A DNA stretch of 64,000 bases from positions 248,001 to 312,000 of IMG/VR virus record IMGVR_UViG_3300042879_006196. The stretch is one strand, 5' to 3'. Below, one piece after another: positions 1 through 10,288 of the stretch. Position 1 is the first letter of the stretch, and every line of letters starts with the position of its first letter. The notes under the pieces were generated by a model. That model was not told the origin of the DNA and searched no databases. It was given only the letters and a program-made list of their open reading frames with translations. Made by a program: the position numbers and the translations under genes.

Positions 1-499
1 ATATGAGCTGATTGATCCAATTGAGAATTTTACATCTCTTGGCACATCAATTGATTCATCAGTGATGTTTTTTAATGCTACAAACACAAATTTTCAAGCT
101 GATCCAAAATTTCAATACTATCAAGGGAATGTTCCTGAATTATATTTAGATGGAGTGTTTCAAGCTACTGCAAAAGCTTTCAAAATTCCGCATCCGACAA
201 AGCCAAAAGTTCATCTTCAACATGGTTGTTTAGAAGGACCTGAATATGGGATTTATCTTCGAGGCACAGCATCAATAAATTACAAAACTTCTATAATTTT
301 GCCCGATTATTTTACAGCACTAACACAATCTGACTCTTACACTGTTAGTGTATCAAGTAATTCCTTTATACCAGTGAAACACAAGAAAGAAAAAAATAAA
401 GTGGTTTTTAGTTTATTATTTCCTACAATCAAGCCAATAGAAATAGATTTCTTAATCATAGATAAAAGAACAGACATTGATTTCAAATTGGAGGTTTAA
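1..499 (+). CDS. C-terminal part of a phage tail-fibre-associated protein (5' end lies outside the window)
   Basis: Frame is open from base 2 (YELIDPIENF...) into the listed ORF; KAFKIPHP..HLQHGCLEGPEYGIYLRG resembles the C-terminal domain of T4-like cyanophage fibre proteins (recall). Confidence 0.55.
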   Translation, partial: YELIDPIENFTSLGTSIDSSVMFFNATNTNFQADPKFQYYQGNVPELYLDGVFQATAKAFKIPHPTKPKVHLQHGCLEGPEYGIYLRGTASINYKTSIILPDYFTALTQSDSYTVSVSSNSFIPVKHKKEKNKVVFSLLFPTIKPIEIDFLIIDKRTDIDFKLEV

Positions 500-780
500 T
501 GTTTGGCGATTTAACTTTTGCAGGTGGCACATTTGCAGATATATTTGTAATATCTGGACAAATTGAATACTCTTATCGCAAAGGTCGCACTGCCGTTATT
601 GCTGTTATTCCTGAAAATGGTAGCGTGGTCACAGGTGTTAGTGCTAAATTCATTCGCTCTAAAGTTGAGGCAATTTTACCTGAAGAAGGAACAATAACAA
701 CTAATGTAATTGTGAGAAAATTAAGAACAAAAGTAGAAAAAACTAAAACTGTAAACACAAACCCTCAACCAGGTTTGTAG
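499..780 (+). CDS. hypothetical protein, probably virion-associated
   Basis: 93-aa ORF, GGAGG 5 nt upstream of ATG, start overlaps previous stop. Confidence 0.6.
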   Translation: MFGDLTFAGGTFADIFVISGQIEYSYRKGRTAVIAVIPENGSVVTGVSAKFIRSKVEAILPEEGTITTNVIVRKLRTKVEKTKTVNTNPQPGL

Positions 781-803
781 CTCCAAAACTTTAATATTAT
801 AAC

Positions 804-1160
804 GTGGCTAATTTATTTTATCGAAACACTAATGCTAAAATTTCTTTTGAAGTTCTTGATGCTAATAATAATTTAGTTGGCTTATCTACTTCAAGAGAGG
901 TATATTGGTATATTTTAACACCTGACAATCAGATTGTGTCAAATGATACAGATATTACCAGTTCTACATTTGCTAATGGCACACCAGTTTACTCTGCCAC
1001 ACCAGTAGTTCAAGAAGAAGAACCAGGCATTTATTACATTAATTATGTGTTGGCAAAGGTAGGTGAGTATAAATATAAATTTCAGGTGATTGACAATCCT
1101 ACATCAACAAATGTAGCTATTTCTGGAAATATAAAAGTAATAACTGACGGAATATTTTAA
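804..1160 (+). CDS. hypothetical beta-rich virion protein
   Basis: 118-aa ORF, GTG start 6 nt after TAATAT; GIYYINY/GEYKYKF strands suggest an Ig-like fold. Confidence 0.5.
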   Translation: MANLFYRNTNAKISFEVLDANNNLVGLSTSREVYWYILTPDNQIVSNDTDITSSTFANGTPVYSATPVVQEEEPGIYYINYVLAKVGEYKYKFQVIDNPTSTNVAISGNIKVITDGIF

Positions 1161-4100
1161 TGGCAAATACTAATAAAAATATATTGATTACTCCTGGTAT
1201 TGGTGGAATTTTATCTTCCTCAATATCACAAATCGATTTTATTTGGTATGAGTCTGGGATAGGCACAAATATTTTTGCTCCGAATATCAATGATCTACGT
1301 TCAACTATATACACTTGGGAACAAAATTCCGAGCCTGTGCTTTTGATTGGTGGTATAGGAACACTAAATAATCAACGAAAATTTGTTGGACCATATCAAG
1401 ATTTTGTTGGCAGTTTCACTGGTATATCAAGTTTTCCTAACATACAATTTTTTCCTTTGTCTGGAAAAATTGTAGGAAACACAATTTCAGTGAGTGGTGT
1501 ATCCACTTTAGCTGGTATATATTTATCAGGTCCTTTATATGATATAAACAACAGAAGTGGATCGTTTGGACAAATATTGTCATCTACCGCATCAGGTGTA
1601 GCCTGGACAAGCATTAGCTATACTGGAATTATTACTGCTATAGGTGGCATCACAAATAGATTAGCGAAATTTTTAGACGAAGATTCTTTAGGAAATAGTT
1701 CAATTATTGATAATGGTACACAAGTTATTTTTGGAGTGGGCGTATCAGTTTTAGGCTTCTCCACTTCTCTTGGGTTTTTTGGACCAGGTACTAATCTTAC
1801 TAATCTGAATGCATCTAATCTTTTCTTTGGCACAGTGCCTAGTTCAGTGGTATCAGGTTCTTATTCAGGCATAACATCTGTCGGAAATCTTTCCAACTTG
1901 TTTGTTACTGGTCTCAGTACATCTCTAGCTTATTTTGGTTTTGGTTCAAATCTTACTAATCTAAATGCATCTAATTTATTCTCTGGAACAGTGCCTAGTT
2001 CAGTGGTATCAGGATCTTATTCAGGTATTACATCTGTTGGTAATTTGTCTAGTTTGTTTGTTACTGGATTAACAACATCCTTCAGCTATTTTGGTTTTGG
2101 TTCAAACCTTACTAATCTAAATGCATCTAATTTATTCTCTGGAACAGTGCCAAGCTCAGTGGTATCAGGATCTTATTCAGGTATTACATCTGTTGGTAAT
2201 TTGTCTAGTTTGTTTGTGACTGGATTAACAACATCCTTCAGCTATTTTGGATTTGGTTCAAACCTTACTAATCTAAATGCATCTAATCTGTTTTCTGGTA
2301 CAGTGCCTTCCGCTCGTATTTCAGGTTCTTACTCAGGTATTACATCTGTTGGTAATTTGTCTAGTTTGTTTGTTACTGGATTAACAACATCCTTCAGCTA
2401 TTTTGGTTTTGGTTCAAACCTAACTAATCTAAATGCATCCAATCTGCTCTCTGGAACAGTGCCTAGTTCAGTGGTATCAGGTTCTTATTCAGGCATTACA
2501 TCTGTTGGTAATTTGTCTAGTTTGTTTGTTACTGGATTAACAACATCCTTCAGCTATTTTGGTTTTGGTTCAAACCTTACTAATCTAAATGCATCTAATT
2601 TATTCTCTGGAACAGTGCCAAGCTCAGTGGTATCAGGATCTTATTCAGGTATTACATCTGTTGGTAATTTGTCTAGTTTGTTTGTGACTGGATTAACAAC
2701 ATCCTTCAGCTATTTTGGATTTGGTTCAAACCTTACTAATCTAAATGCATCTAATCTGTTTTCTGGTACAGTGCCTTCCGCTCGTATTTCAGGTTCTTAC
2801 TCAGGTATTACATCTGTTGGTAATTTGTCTAGTTTGTTTGTTACTGGATTAACAACATCCTTCAGCTATTTTGGTTTTGGTTCAAACCTAACTAATCTAA
2901 ATGCATCCAATCTGCTCTCTGGAACAGTGCCTAGTTCAGTGGTATCAGGTTCTTATTCAGGCATTACATCTGTTGGTAATTTGTCTAGTTTGTTTGTTAC
3001 TGGATTAACAACATCCTTCAGCTATTTTGGATTTGGTTCAAATCTTACTAATCTGAATGCATCTAATCTGTTCTCTGGAACAGTGCCTAGTTCAGTGGTA
3101 TCAGGTTCTTATTCAGGCATTACATCTGTTGGCAATCTATCTAACTTATTTGTGACTGGATTAACAACATCCTTCAGCTATTTTGGATTTGGATCAAACC
3201 TCACTAATCTGAATGCATCCAATCTATTCTCTGGTACGGTGCCTAGCTCAGTGGTATCAGGCTCTTACTCAGGCATAACATCTGTTGGAAATTTGTCTAG
3301 TTTGTTTGTGACTGGATTAACAACATCCTTCAGCTATTTTGGTTTTGGTTCAAACCTAACTAATCTCAATGCATCTAATTTATTCTCTGGAACAGTGCCT
3401 AGTTCAGTGGTATCAGGATCTTACTCAGGTATTACATCTGTTGGAAATTTGTCTAGTTTGTTTGTGACTGGATTAACAACACTTAATAATATAGAAATTG
3501 ATGGTTGGTTAAGAGATTCAAATAACTCAATTGGTTTAAGTGGTCAAATTTTATCTTCTACCTCAAATGGAATTGCGTGGACTTCCATAAGTGCCACTGG
3601 TATTATTACTTCGATAGGAGGATTAACTAATCGTGTTTCAAAATTTGTAGATGAAGATTCTTTAACTAATTCCAATATTACAGACAATGGCTCAGTGGTA
3701 GATGTCAATTCAGTTTTTTCAGTTAGTGGTATTTCTACTTTTGCTAAGGACATAATTGTAAATTTTGTAAATATTGGACTTGGCGAAAATCAAAATATTT
3801 CAAACACTGTTTTTGGAAATCAAGCACTTGTAAATAACACAGGTATCTTTAACGTAGCGATAGGAGCATCTGTTTTAAATGCTAATACCACAGGTTTTTC
3901 AAATGTTGGTCTTGGCTTTAGCGCATTAGCTTTTAACTTATCTGGTTTTGCTAACATTGGTATTGGTGCGAGAGCTTTATCTGGAAATGTATCTGGAAAC
4001 AACAATATTGCAATTGGGCAATTTTCTTTAAGGAGTAATTTAACTGGTGGACAAAACGTAGCAGTAGGAAGGCTTACTTTATTCCAAAACATTTCTGGAA

Positions 4101-7100
4101 ATAACAATTCTGCTTTTGGTGATTTAGCTTTAAGAAACTGGGACGTGTCATCAAATCAAACTGGTATAGGATATCAGGCTTTACAAGGAAATTCTACTGT
4201 TACACTCAATACTGGCGTGTTCAATGTTGCTATTGGCAATATGGCTGGTATGGCTGTCAGTTCTGGATCTTATAATACTTTTGTGGGTTCACAAAGTGGT
4301 GATCAAACAACTACAGGAAGTAACAATACTTTCTTGGGCGGTTTCACAAATGGATTAATTTCTGGTGATTATCAAATTGCTATTGGTCAGTCTGTTGTTG
4401 TTTCTGGCTCCAATCAAGGAGCATGGGGAGGCACAACAAACGTTACTCGGACAAATTTAGGAATTGGAACTTTTAATCCTCTTTCAAGACTTCATGTAGA
4501 AACTCTTGCTGCTGGCAACATGGGGCTTTATATTGCTGGATCTGCATCTCAAACCGCCGATTTAGTAGAAATAAATGCCACAACAAATGGTCAAAATTAT
4601 TTTACAATTACTGGAATTGGCTCTGTTGGTATCTATACATCTTTGCCTTCACAGCAATTTCAAGTGAATGGCAATGCAAGGGTTACAGGTGGAATCTTTG
4701 ACTCAAATAACTTTATAGGTTCAGCTAATCAATTATTGTCATCAACAGGCTCTGGAATTGCGTGGACATCTACAGCAGGAGCAGGAATTGTAACTGGCGC
4801 TGGTGTAGCAACAAGAATTGCTTACTTTAGCGGTCCAAACACTTTAACAAGCAATTCTAATTTTATTATTGATTCCAACGGTAATTTTGGAATTAGCACA
4901 TCAGCTCCAAGAAACAGACTTGAAGTAAGTAGTTCAGCAAGATTCAGCGCAAGTGTTATTTTTTACGGTTCAACCGCAAATGAAGCTTTTGCACTCACAC
5001 AACTATTTGACACCACTTATTTTAACACTAACAACGTATTGAGATTCAGACAAGGAGGGTCCACTGCTGGAGCGATAGCATTCTCTTTTTATGACTTTTT
5101 GCCTAACTTGTTTATGACGTTAGATGGTTCTAATGCACCAAGAGTTGGGATAGGTACGACTGGACCTTTGCAAACGTTGCATGTTGGTGGAAATACATTA
5201 ATATCAGGATTGACAACAGCGTTTAGCTATTTTGGATTTGGTTCAAATCTTACTAATCTGAATGCATCAAATCTATTCTCTGGTACAGTTCCTAGTTCAG
5301 TGGTATCAGGTTCTTACACAGGTATCACTTCTGTTGGCAATTTAACTAATTTAAATGTAATAGGCATTTCAACGGTTACTAATTTTAGAGTATTAAATGG
5401 TTTATATGACTCAAATAATTTAGTTGGATTAGCAAATTCAGTTTTATCTTCAACAGGTTCTGGTGTGCTTTGGGTAGCCCCTGCGAGCGGAGGTCCAGGC
5501 GGTGGTACTATTAATGGCACGATAGAAGCAAATAGAATTGCTTTTGGGGCTGCGAGCAATACTATTACAGGCATTTCTACTTTTGTGTATAGTAACCAAG
5601 GCTTTATTGGCATAAACACTTCAAACCCAAACGCAAACTTAGATGTCCAAGGCACTTTCTTGGCAACAGGAATGTCCACTTTCTTAAATCTTAATGTTTT
5701 AGGTAGACTTTATGACAGAAGCGTTGGGAGTGGTAATACAGGTCAAATTTTAGTATCAACAAATTCTGGAGTAGCTTGGACAACAATTGATGCAATTTTT
5801 TATCAACTTGCAGATTCACAAATAGCATTTGGGCTAGGCAGTGATACCATTTATGGTGTTTCCACTTTTGTTTATAGTGGGGGTAACTTGGGTATTGGCA
5901 CTTCTGCGCCACTGCAGACACTTCATGTTGTCGGCAATGCGTTAATATCAGGTCTCACAACATCTTTAGCTTACTTTGGCTTTGGTTCAAACCTTACTAA
6001 TCTAAATGCATCTAATCTGTTCTCTGGAACAGTGCCAAGTTCAGTGGTGTCAGGTTCTTATGCAGGTATTACATCTGTTGGCAATCTATCTAACTTATTT
6101 GTAACTGGTATTGCTACTCTCGTTAATGCTGAAATAGATGGCTGGCTTAAAGACAGAAGTGGATCTATTGGCACTCTTGGTCAAGTGTTATCATCCACTG
6201 GTTCAGGTGTTGCATGGTCATCTGTTTCATCTATTGGCATTATTACTGGTTCAGGAACCATAAATACTATTGCTAAATTTGGTGCATCTAGCTCTTTAAT
6301 TAATTCAAATATCACTGATAATGGTATTGCTGTTACTGTAAACTCAAGAGTATTTGTCAACGGAATTGGGTCATTCTTGGGTGATATTTTTGTTAATCAA
6401 ATGACTGTTGGTCTAGGAAGTCAACAATCTACTGGTAATGTAGCAATTGGTTTTCAGGCTTTTCAGACAGCTTCTCCTTCTGCTAGTGGCAATGTTGCTG
6501 TTGGCGACAGGGCTATGCAAACTACTTCTAATGCAATTTTTGGAAATGTAGCTATTGGACAATTAGCTCTTGCGGTTAACCAAGCGAACAGAAACATTGC
6601 TATTGGCGCACAGGCTTTAAGCTCAAATACTTCTGGCACTGGAAATATAGCTATTGGTCATCAAGCTTTATCTTTAAGTACTGTTGATTTAGGAAATATT
6701 GCAATCGGCGATAGGGCAATGAGGTTCCTTACTGGAGGAAGTGGAGGAAATAACATTGCAATAGGTGGTGGTGCTAACTTAACTACAGCTGCTGAAACAA
6801 CTTTTGTTGGAGCTACCGCTGGCAATAATTACACCACTCAAGGGCAACACGTTGCAGTTGGGGCGTATGCTTTAGTTGGTGTGTCTACAACTGCTGCAAC
6901 TGGAACTCAAAATACAGCTATCGGATATTCAGTAATGACTGGAATTACAGGTGGCAGTGCAAACGTTGGATTAGGGCACTTTGCGTTAAATGCTCTTACT
7001 TCAGGTAATAGCAACACTGGATTGGGATATTTTGCATTGGTTTCAAATACCACAGGTAGCTTTAATGTGGCAGTGGGCAGAGAAGCGTTAAGATATTACA

Positions 7101-9538
7101 CAACTATAAGCAATCAAACAGCTGTTGGTTATCAAGCTTTGCGTGGTAATTCTGATACTACTTTGAATACTGGCACAAGCAATGTAGCTATTGGTTATCA
7201 GGCTGGTCTTGCTAATTCATCTGGATTTTTAAATACATACTTAGGACACCAAGCTGGTTTAGCCAATGCCAACGGAACTCACAATACTTTTATAGGCGCA
7301 ACTGTTGGATCGGCTTCTACATCTAATCACAACACGATTATTGGGGCGGCTTCATATCAGGCTAACAACTTGGGCGAAGCAAACATTGTTGTTGGTAGCC
7401 TTTCTGCACAACTAAACACTTCTGGCAGCTACAACACAGTTGTAGGATACAATGTGTTTAATAGTAACACTACTGGTGGTAACAATGCGGCGTTTGGCTT
7501 TAATGCATTAGCGTCTAATAATACTGGTGGTCAAAATATTGCGATTGGTAGATTTGCTTTAAGATACTATAATCAATCAAACCAGGTAGCAATAGGTGAC
7601 CAGGCATTACAAGGTAGTAGCACTGTATCCCTCAACACAGGAACACAAAATACTGCAATAGGATATCAAGCAGGTTTTGCAAATACTTCTGGCTCTAACA
7701 ATGTTTTTGTGGGTTATCAGGCAGGCTTAGCAAATACTTCTGGCACAGATAATACTTTTGTTGGAAGTACGTCAGGAAGAGTAAATGATTCTGGGAGCAA
7801 CAATACGGCAGTGGGTTCAGGATCTTTACCAAGTAACACTTCAGGAACTCTAAACTCTGCTTTTGGTGCTACAGCCCTTAACAGTAACTCTACTGGTTCA
7901 CAAAACTCTGCTTTTGGCTATGGAGCTTTAAATGCCACTATATCTGGTTCTAATAATTCCGCTTTTGGATTTAATGCTTTGCAAAATAATATTTTAACAA
8001 GCGGTAATACTGGCATGGGTAGAGATGCATTAAGATATTACGCTAACTCAGACAATCAAACTGCTGTAGGTTTTGGAGCTTTGCGAGGAAATGGTACTGT
8101 AGCCCTCAACACTGGAACCCAAAATACTGCTATGGGCTATCAGGCTGGTATAGCAAATACCTCTGGCTCTAACAACGTATTTGTCGGTTATCAGGCAGGC
8201 TTAGCAAATACTTCTGGGAGCAACAATACAGCCGTCGGCAATCAATCTTTAGCAAATAACTCAGTTGGTATTCAAAATGTAGCTGTTGGAAGTTTTGCAT
8301 TATTCTATAATTTAAATGGTAATTATAACATTGCTATAGGGCAAGATACTTTAAGAAATTATGAAACACAAGGTTTGCAAATAGCTATTGGGTATAGAGC
8401 TTTAAGAGGAAGTGACACAAGATCTTCTAACACAGGGTTTTCTAACGTTGCTGTAGGAAGAGAAACTTTAAGCATAAATACGTCTGGCTCTAACAACACT
8501 GCTCTTGGAACGTTAGCAGGTACTGTTAATAATAATGGTAATCAAAATACTTTTGTTGGAGCACAAAGTGGGGACGGAAATACTTCAGGGTCTTCAAACA
8601 CATATCTCGGTTATCTCACAGATGGAGCCCCTTCAGGCAACTATCAAATTGCAGTGGGTGATAGTGTAACGCTTACTGCATCCAATCTTGGTGCATGGGG
8701 TGGTAATACTAACTCCACTCGCACTGACCTTGGTATTGGTACTTTTACGCCACTAGCTCGTTTACATGTTGAAACATTAGCCGCTGGAAACATGGGCTTG
8801 TATATTGCAGGATCTGTATCACAAACTGGCGACTTAGTAGAGGTAAATGCCACGGCAAATGGTCAAAACTATTTCACGATTACTGGAATTGGCTCTGTTG
8901 GTATTTATACTTCATTACCTGCACAAGCCTTAGATGTAAGAGGCAATCAGATTGTGTCTGGTATATCAACAGCGTTTAGTTTCTTCGGTTTTGGTTCAAA
9001 CCTTACTAATTTAAATGCATCTAGTCTGTTCTCAGGAACAGTGCCAAGTTCAGTGGTATCAGGATCTTACTCAGGAATAACATCTGTTGGAACATTATCA
9101 CAATTGAGTGTTTCAGGATTTTCTACTTTAAAGAATTTTGAATCTAGTGGTCAATTTAATTTTTATGGAACTTCAAACCTTGATAACCAAAGAGTGTTTA
9201 CTGGAGCATCTTCTTCAATTAATCAAACTACATTTGTAGGCATGACTTCTATTGCAGTTCCTGTTGGTTATCAATTAACAATTGAAGGTAAAATCAATGG
9301 ATGGTTCAATGAAAGTTTCAATGAAAGCGGTAGATTCTTCGCTGTATTTAATAACTCAATTGGAATTGTTTCTATAATTGGTCAGCCAGACATTACATCT
9401 AAATTTGTTGGATCAAGTGGTAATTTTGACATACAAGCCCAAGGACCCAATGTTGTTATTGTTACTAAATCTAACGCATCTTCCAATATGTGGCTATGGA
9501 AAACATCTTATGATTACTTACTTACACAAAATGTATAA
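1160..9538 (+). CDS. giant tail fibre / adhesin-like protein (2792 aa) with 52-aa tandem repeats and YadA-head-like N(T/V)A(V/I)G repeats
   Basis: G/S/T/N-rich ORF; many NTAVG/NVAIG beta-roll repeats and GIGTxxP...LHV.G fibre motifs; tail-module context. Confidence 0.75.
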   Translation: MANTNKNILITPGIGGILSSSISQIDFIWYESGIGTNIFAPNINDLRSTIYTWEQNSEPVLLIGGIGTLNNQRKFVGPYQDFVGSFTGISSFPNIQFFPLSGKIVGNTISVSGVSTLAGIYLSGPLYDINNRSGSFGQILSSTASGVAWTSISYTGIITAIGGITNRLAKFLDEDSLGNSSIIDNGTQVIFGVGVSVLGFSTSLGFFGPGTNLTNLNASNLFFGTVPSSVVSGSYSGITSVGNLSNLFVTGLSTSLAYFGFGSNLTNLNASNLFSGTVPSSVVSGSYSGITSVGNLSSLFVTGLTTSFSYFGFGSNLTNLNASNLFSGTVPSSVVSGSYSGITSVGNLSSLFVTGLTTSFSYFGFGSNLTNLNASNLFSGTVPSARISGSYSGITSVGNLSSLFVTGLTTSFSYFGFGSNLTNLNASNLLSGTVPSSVVSGSYSGITSVGNLSSLFVTGLTTSFSYFGFGSNLTNLNASNLFSGTVPSSVVSGSYSGITSVGNLSSLFVTGLTTSFSYFGFGSNLTNLNASNLFSGTVPSARISGSYSGITSVGNLSSLFVTGLTTSFSYFGFGSNLTNLNASNLLSGTVPSSVVSGSYSGITSVGNLSSLFVTGLTTSFSYFGFGSNLTNLNASNLFSGTVPSSVVSGSYSGITSVGNLSNLFVTGLTTSFSYFGFGSNLTNLNASNLFSGTVPSSVVSGSYSGITSVGNLSSLFVTGLTTSFSYFGFGSNLTNLNASNLFSGTVPSSVVSGSYSGITSVGNLSSLFVTGLTTLNNIEIDGWLRDSNNSIGLSGQILSSTSNGIAWTSISATGIITSIGGLTNRVSKFVDEDSLTNSNITDNGSVVDVNSVFSVSGISTFAKDIIVNFVNIGLGENQNISNTVFGNQALVNNTGIFNVAIGASVLNANTTGFSNVGLGFSALAFNLSGFANIGIGARALSGNVSGNNNIAIGQFSLRSNLTGGQNVAVGRLTLFQNISGNNNSAFGDLALRNWDVSSNQTGIGYQALQGNSTVTLNTGVFNVAIGNMAGMAVSSGSYNTFVGSQSGDQTTTGSNNTFLGGFTNGLISGDYQIAIGQSVVVSGSNQGAWGGTTNVTRTNLGIGTFNPLSRLHVETLAAGNMGLYIAGSASQTADLVEINATTNGQNYFTITGIGSVGIYTSLPSQQFQVNGNARVTGGIFDSNNFIGSANQLLSSTGSGIAWTSTAGAGIVTGAGVATRIAYFSGPNTLTSNSNFIIDSNGNFGISTSAPRNRLEVSSSARFSASVIFYGSTANEAFALTQLFDTTYFNTNNVLRFRQGGSTAGAIAFSFYDFLPNLFMTLDGSNAPRVGIGTTGPLQTLHVGGNTLISGLTTAFSYFGFGSNLTNLNASNLFSGTVPSSVVSGSYTGITSVGNLTNLNVIGISTVTNFRVLNGLYDSNNLVGLANSVLSSTGSGVLWVAPASGGPGGGTINGTIEANRIAFGAASNTITGISTFVYSNQGFIGINTSNPNANLDVQGTFLATGMSTFLNLNVLGRLYDRSVGSGNTGQILVSTNSGVAWTTIDAIFYQLADSQIAFGLGSDTIYGVSTFVYSGGNLGIGTSAPLQTLHVVGNALISGLTTSLAYFGFGSNLTNLNASNLFSGTVPSSVVSGSYAGITSVGNLSNLFVTGIATLVNAEIDGWLKDRSGSIGTLGQVLSSTGSGVAWSSVSSIGIITGSGTINTIAKFGASSSLINSNITDNGIAVTVNSRVFVNGIGSFLGDIFVNQMTVGLGSQQSTGNVAIGFQAFQTASPSASGNVAVGDRAMQTTSNAIFGNVAIGQLALAVNQANRNIAIGAQALSSNTSGTGNIAIGHQALSLSTVDLGNIAIGDRAMRFLTGGSGGNNIAIGGGANLTTAAETTFVGATAGNNYTTQGQHVAVGAYALVGVSTTAATGTQNTAIGYSVMTGITGGSANVGLGHFALNALTSGNSNTGLGYFALVSNTTGSFNVAVGREALRYYTTISNQTAVGYQALRGNSDTTLNTGTSNVAIGYQAGLANSSGFLNTYLGHQAGLANANGTHNTFIGATVGSASTSNHNTIIGAASYQANNLGEANIVVGSLSAQLNTSGSYNTVVGYNVFNSNTTGGNNAAFGFNALASNNTGGQNIAIGRFALRYYNQSNQVAIGDQALQGSSTVSLNTGTQNTAIGYQAGFANTSGSNNVFVGYQAGLANTSGTDNTFVGSTSGRVNDSGSNNTAVGSGSLPSNTSGTLNSAFGATALNSNSTGSQNSAFGYGALNATISGSNNSAFGFNALQNNILTSGNTGMGRDALRYYANSDNQTAVGFGALRGNGTVALNTGTQNTAMGYQAGIANTSGSNNVFVGYQAGLANTSGSNNTAVGNQSLANNSVGIQNVAVGSFALFYNLNGNYNIAIGQDTLRNYETQGLQIAIGYRALRGSDTRSSNTGFSNVAVGRETLSINTSGSNNTALGTLAGTVNNNGNQNTFVGAQSGDGNTSGSSNTYLGYLTDGAPSGNYQIAVGDSVTLTASNLGAWGGNTNSTRTDLGIGTFTPLARLHVETLAAGNMGLYIAGSVSQTGDLVEVNATANGQNYFTITGIGSVGIYTSLPAQALDVRGNQIVSGISTAFSFFGFGSNLTNLNASSLFSGTVPSSVVSGSYSGITSVGTLSQLSVSGFSTLKNFESSGQFNFYGTSNLDNQRVFTGASSSINQTTFVGMTSIAVPVGYQLTIEGKINGWFNESFNESGRFFAVFNNSIGIVSIIGQPDITSKFVGSSGNFDIQAQGPNVVIVTKSNASSNMWLWKTSYDYLLTQNV
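1787..3480 (+). repeat. 11 tandem copies of a 156-bp (52-aa) coding repeat
   Basis: Units start at 1787, 1943, 2099, 2255, 2411, 2567, 2723, 2879, 3035, 3191, 3347; consensus GSNLTNLNASNLFSGTVPSSVVSGSYSGITSVGNLSSLFVTGLTTSFSYFGF. Confidence 0.95.
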
Positions 9539-9568
9539 TTTATTTAAAAATATGGAGGCAAATATTTA

Positions 9569-10288
9569 ATGGCATACTTTCTTGGTCCTGTTTCAGTAAC
9601 AAGCAACTTGTTATACTACTACGACGCCGCAAATCAATTTAGCTACCCCCAATCTGGTAGCACATGGAGAGATTTAAGTGGTTTATCTAATAATGCCACT
9701 TTATCAGGAACAGGATTTTCTACAGATTTCCAAGGTGCAATTACAATGCCAGCTGGCTCTGAAACTATTGTACTTAATGACAATACTTCTATATCAGCTG
9801 CATTCCCCTCAAGTAGCTTTACAATAATAATAGCTGTCAGAGCAAAAGATCAAGCAAGCCCAAGAAGTGCTCTGCCTATGTGGATTCAAGCATCAAACCC
9901 AGTTGCTGCGGCAATCAATAAAGGTTGGCAGGTTGGTGAGGGTGCAAGCTTAAGCGCAATAAATGTTGAAGTAAGTGATGGAGTAAATTATTCTACGATT
10001 GCTTTATCTCATGGTGTGGCACAGACAACTACATATCATAGAGCTTTTGTAGTTGATAGGACAAATGGATGTACAACAAACTATTTTGTTAATGGCGTGT
10101 TGGTTGGAATTGCATCAACTTCAGCTGTAACGGGGACTATATATACTTCAGGTGGTTTTACATTTGGAAACACAGCTGGATGGAGATTTGTGGGAGACAT
10201 TTATATGATACAAGTTTATAGCAGAGCTTTATCTACATCTGAAGTACAACAAAATTTTGCAGCTGTAAGGAGCAGGCTTGGTATATGA
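9569..10288 (+). CDS. LamG / concanavalin A-like lectin domain virion protein
   Basis: YYDAAN..SYP.SGSTWRDLSG N-terminus and F.GDI..IQVYSRALS.SEVQQNF C-terminus; GGAGG upstream. Confidence 0.75.
   Translation: MAYFLGPVSVTSNLLYYYDAANQFSYPQSGSTWRDLSGLSNNATLSGTGFSTDFQGAITMPAGSETIVLNDNTSISAAFPSSSFTIIIAVRAKDQASPRSALPMWIQASNPVAAAINKGWQVGEGASLSAINVEVSDGVNYSTIALSHGVAQTTTYHRAFVVDRTNGCTTNYFVNGVLVGIASTSAVTGTIYTSGGFTFGNTAGWRFVGDIYMIQVYSRALSTSEVQQNFAAVRSRLGI

Noticed and set aside
1787-3480. CRISPR array or DGR template/variable repeat pair
   Set aside because: Units are contiguous, in-frame coding repeats without spacers; differences are mostly synonymous and not adenine-specific; no reverse transcriptase or cas gene in the window.
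9000-9538. Peptidase S74 intramolecular chaperone at the fibre C-termini
   Set aside because: No SD.RLK.NI motif at the end of either fibre protein.
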